Position numbers and translations under genes: made by a program
Notes under the pieces: model-generated
What the model was told of the DNA's origin: nothing
Database searches by the model: none
Seen by the model: the letters and a program-made list of their open reading frames with translations, nothing else
In this document: positions 27,589 through 41,374 of the stretch, one piece after another
How positions within the stretch are numbered: the first letter of the stretch is position 1
Layout of the letters: every line of letters starts with the position of its first letter
Assembly (NCBI RefSeq): GCF_006345805.1
Contig: NC_043012.1
Location: 14,012,001 to 14,076,000 of the forward strand
Source of the DNA: Octopus sinensis
Taxonomy: Eukaryota
Direction of reading: 5' to 3'
DNA length: 64,000 nt

Positions 27589-27653
<65 letters not shown>
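27582..27653. repeat. (AAT)n tail
   Basis: Direct. Confidence 0.95.
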
Positions 27654-27699
27654 CAGTGTTGTGACATTTATTGTAATATCTGTGTCTTGAATACCTCTA

Positions 27700-28070
27700 T
27701 TTATAGCAGGGCCGTCCCTTATGTGGGTCTCTATTGTACTCAGTTCAGGGATTGTAACTTTTGGGAATGTATGTATTGACTAACCCTGAAGACGGAAACA
27801 GTCTTTGTGATGAAATCTTTAGTATATCGATGGAGGGAACTCGGCATTACAAATCTTGAGTAATAGTGAGCCTCATAATATTTAGCCATTTGAACCGTGA
27901 ATTTTGTGCGACCATGGATAGCATATGACTGGCGGAGCCCCAATCATTCAGCAGAATTGAAATGTTGCATGCTTTGGAGTGTGGCACGAGGGGCGTTGAA
28001 TATGGACGTGCTGTGGGTAGTTGTGATAAGAAGTGGTCGGCCGACGCTATGGGTGCAAGAACAGTAAAAA
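27700..28070 (-). mobile_element. Possible CR1/Jockey-type LINE 3' relic
   Basis: Only weak resemblance (FTVQM..HY.S.F) to CR1 C-termini. Confidence 0.3.
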
Positions 28071-28654
28071 TTAAGTAGAGGCTGTGATTTGAGGTGAAAA
28101 AGTGATTAATATTGTTTAAAATGCATTTGCGTGTTGGGGAGGAAATTTATTTTGAGGTTTAAAAAGACAATGTAAAAGCACACATTACTAGATGAAACTA
28201 CTTCTAACTTGATTTGGCTGCTCTTATCTAAGTATATAATGAGTACCCTGGTTCGAACCTGTTCTCCTTAGAACAAGTTTTCGGTTTTCAATTGGGGGAA
28301 GTTTACTTAGATCGATAATGGATTTGAGATGTCATAAACACTGAAAAGCTTCAAACAACTTTAAAATTATCAGGAAAACCTACATTAAACAATTATATTA
28401 GTTGTGGTGGTCATTTCCTCTTCTTGTATTTACTATCAATCAGCACCATCAGCAACATCATAAGCAGCAGTAGCAACATGAACGTTGTTCTTAACGCTCT
28501 TACTATAACTAAATATAAGTGCGTCGTTACATCAGTTATTTGAAAGTTAAACCAGGGTTCTTTATTTCACAATGGAAATTTATTACCGGAGAGAAATAGT
28601 AATATTAATTAGAATACGGGAAAGAGAGAGAAAGAGAGAGACAGAGAGAGAGAC

Positions 28655-28685
<31 letters not shown>

Positions 28686-30289
28686 CAGACAGACAGACAG
28701 AGACAGAAAGACAAAAAGACAGACAGACAGATAGACAGAGACAGACAGACAGAGACAGACAGACATTGAGAGAGAGAGACAGCGAAAGTGAGGAAACGGA
28801 AAGAAAAGAAAAGAAAAGAAGAGATTGTGGCAGTTAATCAGTGAATGAATAAAACGTGTATGATTCCAAGTTTCAATATAAATTCTTCAAATATTTCAAA
28901 ATTTATGAAATTTTATAAGAACGGCATTTCATTAGCATCATTGAACGTCCATTTCAATAATAATATATTATTTATACTGAATCCGTTAGCACCATAAATC
29001 CTTTATAAAATAAATCAAGTTCATTGTGGGTATTTCTTATCCTGATATATAATCAGATAAACACCTGCGTGATATATTATATTCATCATTGTTGTAAGAA
29101 GAGACACCTTAGATAAATTATGCTTCATATATGCTTATTCGTACGTGTCTAAACAACTTTGACAGTAAGCTGCCATGTAGGCTAAATAGTGAACACAGAG
29201 GATAAATTTCCACTTATTAGAAGAGAGCCTCTCCAGAAACGAACTGCAGTTAGTACTTGCTGTAGGTAACTGGAGTCCTTGCTATCTGAACTAACCTTAC
29301 AAAAGACTCGGTACCGGTCTGCCTCCTGAGATGTGGCATGTAGAATATTATTGATCAAACTTAAGTGCCAATCAATTAACTTCAGCTATGAGTCAAGTAG
29401 TCTCATTACTTTGTGAATGCCGGACAAATCACAATCTTAAATGAAACAATCTCTAAAAGAGATATTAGAGTCTCAAAGGTAATAGAATTTGTATATTCGG
29501 CAGGTCTTTTGAGTAATTCCTGCAACGAAAATGGCAACGGATGCGATATCTTTGCTTTCATCTGAAATTTACCTATGAGATGTAGAAAAAAGCTCTGCTG
29601 CGCGACCAATCCAAGATACCCAAAGAACTTTTTGATCCCACCTCTTCCTATTTCCTGTTTTGCCCAAAATCAAATCATCGTTCGTATGGTTCTTAATATA
29701 GACGGATGATAAGGTGTGAGACGTATCCTCATATACACCTCGTACACGCATACTTAATTGCCAATATGTTACTGGCTTAAAATCAATCAGAGGGGTTTTA
29801 TTTCTTTCAGATAGTCTATGAATGATTAAAAAAAGAAGATACAGACATTGTTATCATATGTACGGAAAAGAGCGATTTAGAAATTGGTTTCAAATTTTGG
29901 TACTAGGCCAACAATTTCAGGGTAAGCGGTCAGTCATTTAAATCAACCCCGATACTTGAATAGTATTTATTTCATCAACTTCAATATAATAGGCGGCTAA
30001 TTCGAACTCGGTGGAATTTGAACTCACAACATGAAGTCGGACGAAATGCCATTGAGCAATTTGCCCGTTGTGCTAACGATTCTGCCAGCTCGCCGCCGAA
30101 ACTACTTTCTAAATATTACAAGACCTTTTATACACAAAGTTCGGGTGGGGCTGAAACATCTGGCGATAATGTTACAATTGTATCCAACAGAACAAAAAAC
30201 ATTTAACGTTTGGACAATATAAGCATGCTATAATTCATCCAACGGTTTGGTAATATTATCGATCATGATCACGGAAAATCAATGAGAGC

Positions 30290-31198
30290 CATCGCAAAAA
30301 AATGAGTCGTGAGAGTGGACTCTCAAAACTGTGGCACACGAGGACATTCAATACATATTGAATGTACTGTGAGGAGACCATTTCATATCTGCAAAGACAA
30401 AGAAAGTCCGTTTGATCAGCGCCAAGTGGTTGCTTAACAAGGTTAAAAACCCTCACGTACATAACATGCTTTGGTTTTCTCTAATGAAATAACTTCGATT
30501 AAAGCCGCATGTCTAATTAGAGAACTAACAGATTCAGAACTCTTTGATATTTCCTGAGTGAAGCATACTAAATTTCAAACACCTGTGGTGGTTTTAGGAA
30601 TAGTGAGTTACAAATAAAAAAACATGTTTTACCATCTTGCATTTTTACACAGGATCTTAGAATTAATGCTGGTAGATACGTTGAGGTTCTGGAGATATTC
30701 TTGAGCCTTAGATGGATCAAATACGCAGTGAAAGGGCATACGTATTTCAACAAGACGGAGCATCTTCTCACAAAGCCCACATGACAGAAGGATTGATGTC
30801 TGACAACCTGTACGATCTTGTAGCATCACACTTGTGGCCTCAGATCTCGTCAGATTAAAATCTCATGGACTATTACTTTTCGAACTTTGTTGAAAGGGAA
30901 GCTAATCCACATCCTCACAATACCATTATTCATTATAGGCAACCATTGCCCCGCCAATGTCCAGGTGATATATGAAATCAACAAGAATCATTTAGTGTAC
31001 GGGTGTCAATGATTTCCACCCCACACTGGAGCAGTGGTCGAAGCCGAAGGAGTATTCATAGAATAATCGTATACGAAATCTTATTGAGAATAATTGCACA
31101 GATTTGTACGAAAATGCATTTGTTTTTGTTTTTTCTTGTTACTTGATTACAGTTTACAAAATTCCAAAATTTGTCCCCAAATACGTCTCGCACACAGT
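30290..31198 (+). mobile_element. Tc1/mariner DD37D (maT-like) transposon relic
   Basis: AKWLLNKVKNP..MLWF; FQQDGASSH...LWPQISSD*NLMDY, with 37 residues counted between D2 and D3. Confidence 0.8.
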
Positions 31199-31214
31199 AA
31201 TTAGTAATAAGGTA

Positions 31215-31520
31215 TAAGATGTGAGCTTCTTTGATTTAGGTGCAGCGTTCAATACAATTGACCTCAACATATTGACTTCAATATTCTTACGTATAGTCTC
31301 CAGTCACATTTTGGTTTCCATCGTATGATTTTTTCTTTGGTTCTCTTCTTAACTTTAAAGGAAATCGCTGGATTATACGTGTTGATTCCTCTTGTAAAAG
31401 ATAAAAGTACCTAGCTCGTTATTCTAATCATAATATATAACTCCACCAAACATTGTTAACAGCTATAGGTTAAAACATCAGATTTATGAAGCTGACATGT
31501 CTTTATATGTTTCCTTCTAT
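31215..31520 (+). mobile_element. Highly degenerate L2-like RT fragment
   Basis: FDLGAAFNTID resembles the L2 motif LDLSAAFDTID; a YxxD remnant lies downstream. Confidence 0.4.
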
Positions 31521-32124
31521 AGTCACAATATATAGGTGGTCATCTACTTACCACCATAATTGGTTCCGATTGACTGGTCGTAAGTCGATTTGGTTGTATA
31601 TAGGACTATATAGCTTTGTTTTATAGTTTTAATTTCTTAAGGTACATTCTCAGGTAAAAATCACCCACAAAATTCTCTATTATACTATTACTTGCTGGGC
31701 CCTGTGCCATCAAAAATGCCGGCTAATTGTAATATAATATTTTATATATAAATGAGATACAAAATAAGGTACATAATAATCACAAATAAAAAAACATCCA
31801 CGTACTTCCTTTGTACACGCACACACATACGCGCATATACTCAAACAGAATTGTAACGCTGTATGATTTTTTTTTCAGCGTTGAATGTTCACCATCCCAC
31901 ATCCATTGCACACACACAGACACACAGACACGCAAACACACACACAGACACACATACACACAAACACACACACAGACACACATACACACAAACACACACG
32001 CAGACACACATACACGCAAACACACACACACACTGTCATACAAACACACACACACACAAATGTTCATATGACTCCCTTTTACATACACACACATATACTC
32101 AGGCAGAGTTGAAACGCTGTTTGA

Positions 32125-32535
32125 TTTTTTTTTCCTGCGGGGTTTCAGTGAGAAGTCTAGAAAGTTCTTTAGGCAGTGGGTTTCCCATTCTGGGCTAGCT
32201 ATAATAGATCTCAACTTTAAATCTGGTGCTTGAATATTGTTGAAAGGACGCAAGATCTTTCAGTGGTACTTGTTGTTTATTGTTTTCAACTTTTTACTAG
32301 ACGGTATTGCTTTCTAACATGGACACAGCTAGATTTTTGTAGTAGTCTGTGTCCATCAGAATTACAACATTCCCTTTGTTAATTTCTCTTATTGTCACTT
32401 CTTTGTTGCTTTGCAGCTCAATTAGGTTTTTCCGTTCTATATTGTTGAGGTTTGTGTTAATTCAAGATATGACCACAAATATCATCTAGTGTTTTATTCC
32501 CACCTTCAGGTGGAAGATAATTGCTTTCACTTTTG
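32125..32535 (-). mobile_element. Penelope-like RT N-terminal fragment; inverted partial copy at 32636-32755
   Basis: LQSNKEVTIREINKGNVVILMDTDYY (ADKG-region motif) and PDLKLRSIIASPEWETHCL..FLDFSLKP (RPIV-region motif). Confidence 0.7.
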
Positions 32536-33072
32536 ACCACCAATTCAACCTTTTGGTGTAATCATTTGATGCTTAATTGCGTTATTACAGAATTAAGTAT
32601 TGACTGATTGCAACAAGGATGAATCACTGGCTAGAAGCAAAAGCAATTATTTTCCTCCTAAAAGCAGGAATAAAACACTAGATAACATCTGCAACAATAT
32701 CTTGAATTAACACAAACCTAAACAATATAGAATGGAAAAATCTAATTCAAATGCAAAACGTTAAACAACTGACAATCAGAGAAATGGAAAAATGAAGTTC
32801 ATTACTGTAATGGATTTGCGAATTACTATAAACGCTTGCGAACTATTATAAACGCATGCACCATACCAACAACATTCTGCTACACACAGTAGCGAAATGT
32901 ACATGTTATAACACTGTAACGTATTGTGTAGCCTGATGAGGTTCCCCTCAGTGCTGTGGGGAGCATTCGATTTCATGATACTGTTTCCCACCTACAAGCG
33001 AGCAATGCAGATGTAAGCCGAAACTATTGTTGTTCCAAAGAAAGTTTACAGTACACTCCATCTTCCCTATCA

Positions 33073-33298
33073 ATTAGCTGGCAGAAACGTTAGCACGCCG
33101 GGCGAAATGCGAAGCCGTATTTCGTTTGCCGTTACATTCTAAGTTCATATTCCGCCGAGGTCGACTTTGCCTTTCATCCTTTCGGAGTCGATAAATTAAG
33201 TACCAGTTACGCACTAGGGTCAATATAATCGACTTAAACCGTTTGTCTGTTCTTGTTTGTCCCCTCTGTGTTTAGCCCCTTGTGGGCAATAAAGAAAT
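33073..33298 (+). mobile_element. tRNA-derived SINE (second family)
   Basis: High similarity to the reverse complement of 56340-56587. Confidence 0.85.
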
Positions 33299-33330
33299 AT
33301 ATATATATACATAGACACACATACCGCTAT

Positions 33331-33374
<44 letters not shown>

Positions 33375-34649
33375 CGACTCAATCACAAAGAACATCTCAA
33401 CCACTACCAAATAATCCTCTTCTCCCAAGCGAAGAAACCAAATCCAGTTCCAGATATTTAAGCCGACTTTTTCAGATGAATTCCTGATCTTCAAGCATAA
33501 AGGACAGTTCAGCCTATTCAACGTAGTTAACAAATTCACGCAGTAAATTTATTTATATTGTTCTTGCTACAATTCAATTGTCAGAATGAACTTAGAATAG
33601 TTGACATAAGTGACCCAGTTATCTAACCTTCTAACAATAGATGAAAGATAGGCTCCGATAGTCTTTATTTTTATCTTAAGGAAGATATTTATGTCCAATG
33701 GTCAGTGGTTAGAGAAACAATGCCAGGTCAGCCTACTAATTAATTAAAAGTGATGGCACAATATGTCGGGTTAATCTTCGCAAATGGGCAAGGCGTTGGG
33801 TAGTAATAAGGGAGTGAGTGACAGGAAGGGGATGATAATGAAAAGAAGGAGATAGAGAAGGCTGAATTTACTTAAATTCATTACCGCATTTAAAAAAATG
33901 AAATACAATGGAATAAAATTTTAAAATAAAATAAAATAGGGCTGGCAATCAGATCCACTATAGAGAAGAGTACTATCATAATTTAGCATAGTTAAAATGT
34001 TATAGCAGTACGATAAATTTAGGAATTAGATATATTTGACATTATTATAAGAAGGTGAGGAAACATTATCTAAAAATATATAAAGGAGTGTATTAGATAT
34101 AAAAATTTAGAATTTAGGCCCATAAGCTAATAAGGAATATAATGTATTTAAAAAATAATGTTATAAACCTAAAATATACGACGAAGTATATATAATATAA
34201 ACAGTAAAAAATATATAATCTTTAAAGAAATACATAAAAGGATATATAAAATATATAAAAGAATATATTAAAAATATAAAGAAATATAAAATATATAAAT
34301 GTATAAAATCTAGGAAAATAAAAAGTAAAATACGAAAAATATCAGAAACATATGGAAAATATTATAAAAATATTTAAAAATTATATAAATAATTATGAAG
34401 GTAAATACGTATAGGTACATATAGCAGAAACACCATCCCACTTTATCTACACATTCAAAATAGTTTGCCAACGGTCATTCAACGTCAACACACCTCGATA
34501 AACTCAGTGACTGCTAATAAATTTAGGTCTCCACATTTACATATCACCTGAGGAAACACAACTAGATCTCATGCACGGGAAACCACATAACGTAAAAACA
34601 ATTGTAGTGATTGAAAAGAAATGTCCAACCATACTCCTTGTTGACTCCT

Positions 34650-35521
34650 ATATAGTTCCTACAGAAGACCATTGAGGCCCGGCGCATTACCACCACTGCA
34701 GTCCGCTATAACCTTTATCACACCTCAAGTGAGATCAACCCTTCACAGCTCTCCGCATCCTGCCTCGAGAGATGCGGCAGCCCGGCGGGGAAGTCCGTAA
34801 AGCCTATCCTACTATCCGGTTCATGCCCACTCCCGAAAAGCTCCTGAAAGTGCTCCTGAAAAGCCTTACACATCTCCTCAGGTTCACCACGACTTAGTAG
34901 ATCCCGGAACGCAACATTTGGTCTCCTATCAGAAATCGAGCCAACACTATCCACGCGTGCATCGAGAATACTGTTAAAGTCTCCTAACACAACTAATGAA
35001 CGCGATGTACCGAGAAATTTCTCCAAATCTTGATGATAATCAGTCTGTCCCAGGTTGGGTGCATAAACAGCAAACAGTCTGATTTCCTTACCACAAATCC
35101 AAGACGACTAGCCTACCTTCTGGATCAGAAAAAAAATCAACTTTTTCTCTGAAATCGGCTTTTTTTAGTAGGACCAACACCCCACCTCCACTCGTTGGCC
35201 GGCCAGGAGAAGTGAATTTAAGGTGAAAGGTGAAAACAAAATCACCAAATTAGGGTCAGAAATGAAGATGCCTGATCTAAACCCTCTCATTCTTGTCTTC
35301 CATATCACCTGTTTTGTGGTTGGTACTACAGACAGGAAACAATTATTACCTTCTTTCGTTAAGAAATCCGGCGGGTTAATTTTTACTATAGATTCAGTCG
35401 ACAGCTGTACTCTTCCTCCACTTGACAACAGTTCTTCGGCGTAAACACACACGTCTGACACCTCCGGACACTGAACAATTGCGTGTGGAACGGTTTCCCT
35501 GTCCCGCTCACATCTTGGACA
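34650..35521 (-). mobile_element. Rearranged L1/Tx1-clade ORF2 relic
   Basis: APE motifs GGGVLVL, DPEGRLVVLD, VYAP and VLGDFN; pre-RT APGLNGL; C-terminal knuckle CPRC..ETVPHAIVQCP. Confidence 0.8.
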
Positions 35522-36626
35522 GATCTTTAGAATAGCTTTCTACAAATGTTACAGATAACTCAACATTTTAAAAATATTTATGTAGTCCTTAGGTAGCAAC
35601 TTTTGTTTCTTGTTTGCTTACCCACAGAATGTATGAAAAATTACTTACATTTCCTTCAAACTTTGCCTCTGTTATATTTATTCAAAACCCAAATGATCCC
35701 TCTTGACACATGGATATGGTGCTCTCCTACACCTCAGTGATGACATTATTATCACCAAGAGACATATTGAAGTGATAAGGGTCAAGCAACTGACAATCAA
35801 ATCTGTGGTATTTAACAAAATATTTGCTATAACGATACTTTGCTTCAACAATGCAGCATTGAATCTATCTAAAAGATAAAGAATAATAAGTCGATTTTAA
35901 AACATTGACGTCCAGGTCACAAAAGCAAAGTTTGAAGGGATTAATAGTCATTTACATAACACTTATTGACCAAAAACAAATAAAATGTTACAGAATGTAA
36001 TTTGTTGATTCAATAATTAGTTTTAGAAGCGAGTAATCCAATTTATCATCCTTTCTTTAGGAGCTATTTCATATAGTACTGATAATAATGAGTAGAAATA
36101 CACCTTAATTAATAGATCATATTATACTAATATATTTTGTGATTAAGTGTTTCATTTTGTAATATACATCAATATTAATTGAGTCAAGCAGATTAATTCT
36201 TTATGTACATTATCACAGTATTGGTATAATACATAATGATAAATTACCTGATGATTGATAATTATTGATTAATTAGCTGACAATTGATCATTATTGACTA
36301 TGTGAACAAAAAGACGATATTCAATACGTTAATTGATATTTGTTTGAGCATTTGTGTAAAACTATTATAGAATAGAATGTTTCGTTAGCTTCTCTTCATC
36401 ATTAACCAATTAATTAAGCAGGTAATTTGCGTGATCCAACTTGAATATGCGAGAAGACAAAAATGTAAGCTGGCTGGCCCATGTTGTAAATGGATATTTC
36501 AGAGAGAATAAAAGCGTGGCGGTATGGTGCCAAGTTTGCTTTCCAACCACATGGCTTTGAACTCACAATGCATGGCACTTTGGGCAAGGGTTGGCTACTA
36601 TAGCTTCGGGTCAACCAAAGCTTTGT

Positions 36627-36941
<315 letters not shown>

Positions 36942-38573
36942 TACATGGTATGGACGTTATTTGAGGACACATTTATGGTTTTAAAAAATACAAAGACAAA
37001 ACAGCTGTATTTTTTTTATAAAAATAGCATAAACATAAAGCTAAATTAGCAAGTTAATAATTCCATTCAATAAAACCACCATAAGCATCAATAACAGCGT
37101 CTATGCGGGTCGAAATAGTTTACACTGGTAATAAATTATACTCATTTTTTACCCTTATGATTTACAGTAAAACCTCCCATTCTGAGGTTTATCGTACGCG
37201 GTTGGTAAAACTTAATTATTTGCCGCTGCATATGTAAATGCGCCTGCGCGCTTGATTTGAAACCTTAATATTATAAGGATGTAGTAGCTCGAACGTGTTT
37301 TTGGGCAGGGGTAGCTAACTTTAACGATATGAGTGCATAAAATGTTATTGCATTTATGCGTTGCTAGTAAGTTGTGTCGAAATAATATTACAAAATACTA
37401 AGGTATATTCGTGCTAAAATACGAGATCTGTAGTGGATTAAACTATGATACATCCCCTGTGTTATGTTAGTCCTGAATAGCAAAGGGTAGGTTTCCATAT
37501 ATATCTTAACATTATTCTGTCGCCGCTGTCAGCCAGTAGATCGCTGAGCGTCTCTCTTTCCAAAGTTAGATCGTTGACTCTTCAACATATAACAACTGTG
37601 TGATTACTAATTGTTGCGCACAGACTGAGATTTTGTTTATGCTATTGTCTGGCAGAATCGTTGCAAGGATATGCGTATATTTACGAATGAAAGAAAGATC
37701 TCTCGAAACTTACACTCTCAACCATAACCATAAATTTAGTGAAAGACAAATGATCTACTTTATTAAAATCATAAAATTGTAATCACTAAATTGGATTAGC
37801 CATTTCTTTCGTGGTGGTGGGTGGGGGTTGAAATTTGGCAATGTGATATCTTGCTTAAATTTATAAATCATGAGAAATCGGTGCTGGCTCGTGGACATGA
37901 CACTTGTGATTTTAAAATATACTGTTAAGCAATCTCTTTATACGGACAATGTTCTTAACTCCCCTCAAGGCATTTAAAATATGAAATTATTTCTTTCATA
38001 AATATTTTTATAGACATTTAATTCTCACTCGGCTTTAAATACTTAGCAGACATGACGACGTCTTGTTCTGTTTTAATGCAATTATATAATACATTCATTA
38101 AGAAAGTATTATTCTCATGGTATGACAATTAGTAAAACAAACTAAGCAATAAATTACAATTAGAGTTTTATAATAGACTAAATCTCTAGACACTTTGGCA
38201 ATGATTGCAACTCTGCTCACTTCACTTTCAAATCACCCGTAGAACCATTGCCATTAAGTCATTCACCAGCATTTAACAATATAATGATGATATAGAGGTA
38301 GTTTTAGATGTTTTGATAAGATATAGAATATCTGGAAAATCAAAATGAACAATTTCTTAATTCTATTCAAAACCACAAGGGGTGAAATAGATTGCTTCAT
38401 GATAATATATAATGGGATCTACGCTATCAAATTCAAAAGGATGTTGATAAACGCGTCTAAACAAAATAACTTCTCTCGCCTGGTATTCTATCAAATTTTA
38501 TCATTTTTGCTCCCGTGATTCCACACATCTATCTATCTATCTATAAACCTATATAACTATCTCTCTCCCTCCC

Positions 38574-38604
<31 letters not shown>

Positions 38605-38762
38605 AATTTGATATATATATATACTTATATATATATATATATTATTTGATATTATGTTATATTATATTATATTATATTATATTAGAGGAAAACTCAGAAC
38701 CAAGGCAGAACGAATATCTCAAGTCATTTAGAATAATTTAATTAAGGTAAGGTGAATTTGAA

Positions 38763-38838
38763 GTCTTACAGCTGTTTCTGGGATAACCTAAGTGGTTAGT
38801 TGGCATTTACGTGTACTGGGTATTCCGTCATCAGAGAC
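38763..38838 (-). ncRNA. Type I hammerhead ribozyme motif
   Basis: gtct-CTGATGA-(long helix/loop II, C.A at its base)-GAAA-C-agct-G-TA-agac. Palindromic helix III ACAGCTGT. Confidence 0.7.
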
Positions 38839-38960
38839 AGTGTATGAAATTTTAGACGGGGAAAACGTACATCTTACAAGGAATAACATTCATAGATTAT
38901 AAGGAATAAAATAAAAGGATAAAGTAGTAACATAGAAGAATAAAGTTTAAAAGTAGTTAA

Positions 38961-39086
38961 AAGAATATAGGCAGGAGAAGAATATTCACAACGCATCTTT
39001 TTCCAGAGGATATGGAAGTACCGACCTATATCCCTATCCTCTGGAAAAAAATGAGTTGTGAACATTGTTCTGTTGCCTATATTCTT
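38961..39086. other. 126-nt hairpin directly abutting the hammerhead at 39087
   Basis: 38961-39012 pairs with 39035-39086, e.g. AAGAATATAGGCA/TGCCTATATTCTT and TTTTTCCAGAGGATA/TATCCTCTGGAAAAA. Confidence 0.85.
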
Positions 39087-39162
39087 GTCTCTGATGACGG
39101 AATATCCAGTGCACGGATAAGCTGACCAACCACTTGGGTTAGCCCAGAAACAGCTGTAAGAC
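39087..39162 (+). ncRNA. Type I hammerhead ribozyme motif
   Basis: gtct-CTGATGA-...-GAAA-C-agct-G-TA-agac; inverted homologue of 38763-38838. Confidence 0.7.
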
Positions 39163-41290
39163 TTCATATTCACATTACCTTAAATAAATTCTTCTAAATG
39201 ACTTGAGATACTCGTTCTGCCATCGCTTCGATTTTTCCTTCAATATAATATATACATGCTACAACGGAAACCTAATACGGATCCCTAGATCTACCCTTAG
39301 CTGTGGTCTTGGAACCTAATGGTCGACCAGCTATAGCACTAATCCAGTGTAGATATTCGTTTAGATCACAATTGAAGCAGATAAGGTTTATCCGTGGGAA
39401 GAAAAGCCTACGGAAAAACCACGTTAACCTCGGTCAATATTGTTACATGTTACCACATTTGTTTGCAAGTGGGTAACCCTCTGTTTTCAATTTCCGGGTT
39501 CATAGGATTATGCTCAAGGTGGCTTCGTCATTCATACATGCCATCCTTCCTACGCGCGCACACATATCAATATCAGTGTGTATCAATATTTATTTCATGG
39601 TAAACTGAATATAGAATTTCAAAATTAAGATAACATTACTATGGTCTGCGTTTTAGCCATACCAAATCTATTGATAGAAGTAATAGGACAACATTTTGGC
39701 AAGTATGTATGAAATTTTGTATGCTAAATCAATAAAAAAATATAAAATCACTTTAAACATTTCAGCGAGCACTGCAATTAAAACGCTAAAGAAAAATTAA
39801 TATAATTTTGAGTTTTACTTGATTAAATTTGTTAAAGATTTTTGCAAGGTTCATGGATATTAACCTGAAGACCTTTTATATTTATGTGTTGTTAGTGTTT
39901 GTTAATTGCTAAAACTTGGATTCTCCGTACATGGGTCAAGGAAAACGTTAATTAACTTCAGAAATTTTGATCTTGTTCTAAAAATAACTATATTGCACAA
40001 ATTTAAACAAAAATTAACAGAAATGCTGTAAGCATAATAAGCGTTGGAATTGACGAATGGTTAAGAAATTTCATTTAAAATCATAATTTTAGTGCGTAGA
40101 ATATTAAGCGTATATATCAAGTTTTGAATCAATTCAAAATTTGTTACAATTGTGTTTGTGGAGATATGTAGATTGAATTTTTCTTTCAGGAATATACACA
40201 CATAACTTCTTACTCTCTTTCGCCAAGATACACATCTCCACATGCATCTAACCTCTGCACAGGTGTATGCATGTATGTATGTATGTACATATATAAATAT
40301 ATATATATATGCATGTCTGTATGTATACATATGTCATATATATACATATATAGACAGATAGGGAGAGTTTACGAAAAAACAAGGAGAGAAAAGAAAGTGT
40401 GTAGTGGCTAACGATCTATCATGGCGATTGATAGACATATATAGACATATATATACATTTATATATATATATATATACACACACACACAGAAAGCCATAT
40501 GTATATACATATACATATATAAACATACGGACATGATTGCATGTCCATGTCTTGTTTCTTTATGCTTTTGTATTCATTAATGTGGGGATGTAAAGTGTCG
40601 TGGTTTTACATATACATATGTGTGTGTGCATGTGCGTGTATGTATAGGCACCTGTACTCGAAGGCATACCTACGCACATGCTTACTCTCACGCACACCCG
40701 TTTCCTCATTCATGCATTTTCCTCTCACTCGCCTTTCCACATTGCCAGGTATGTGAATAAAAATACATGTGTTAAGGAATGGAGTAGAAAAGATCCGGGA
40801 TCAGAAGTGGTAAATATCCAAGCCTAGGATACTTTCATTAAATGAAAGATTACATTGTCGCAAGAAGATACATGTTAACTCATGGACAATTCAATCAGAA
40901 TATGTAGAGAGTACAGCAGGAGAGATGAATATAATTGTACTCCTTTTTGTATTCTTTTACTTGTCATTTAATTCTGGCCATACTGGGGTATTATCTTAAC
41001 AGTGTTGGTCGAAGATATCGTCCTCGTAACTTATTCTTTGTAAGCCTAGTACTTATTCATTCGGTCTCTTTTACCTAACATTAACACACCAGCATCAGTT
41101 GTCAAGAGATGGCAGTGGAAGAAACACACACACACAAAAGTATATACAAACATACATACATATATATATATATAGATTCAAATGAATACGGTACTTAAGT
41201 TAGATGCACCAGAATTTTGTATGGTGTTATCCATATAAATCCATGGGGTGATTATAATCAAAATAAGCAACAAGAATAACTTCGGTAATT

Positions 41291-41374
41291 TGGTACGATC
41301 GTTTCACGCTACATCATTTTATTAAATGTTCTAAGTATTACAACGGTTTTAAAATGTTGAGCAATCATCAGCCA
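41291..41374 (-). ncRNA. Type I hammerhead ribozyme motif
   Basis: tgg-CTGATGA-t-tgct..catttta..taaaatg..agcg-t-GAAA-C-gatc-G-TA-cca. Palindromic helix III ACGATCGT; U.U at the base of helix II. Confidence 0.7.

Noticed and set aside
27786-27805. CTGAAGAcgGAAACaGTC hammerhead-like string
   Set aside because: No helix II and no helix I pairing.
29200-29750. GC-richer block with a mariner-like end CACCTCGTA
   Set aside because: No transposase motif or partner TIR found; left unannotated.
32930-33035. CTGATGA...ccGAAACtattGTT
   Set aside because: Only a 2-bp helix II across about 75 nt and a weak helix I; compatible with chance.
37200-37600. CpG-richer patch with TGCGCCTGCGC (NRF1-like) and a GTAAGT donor
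   Set aside because: A single short motif with no downstream exon; not enough to call a promoter.
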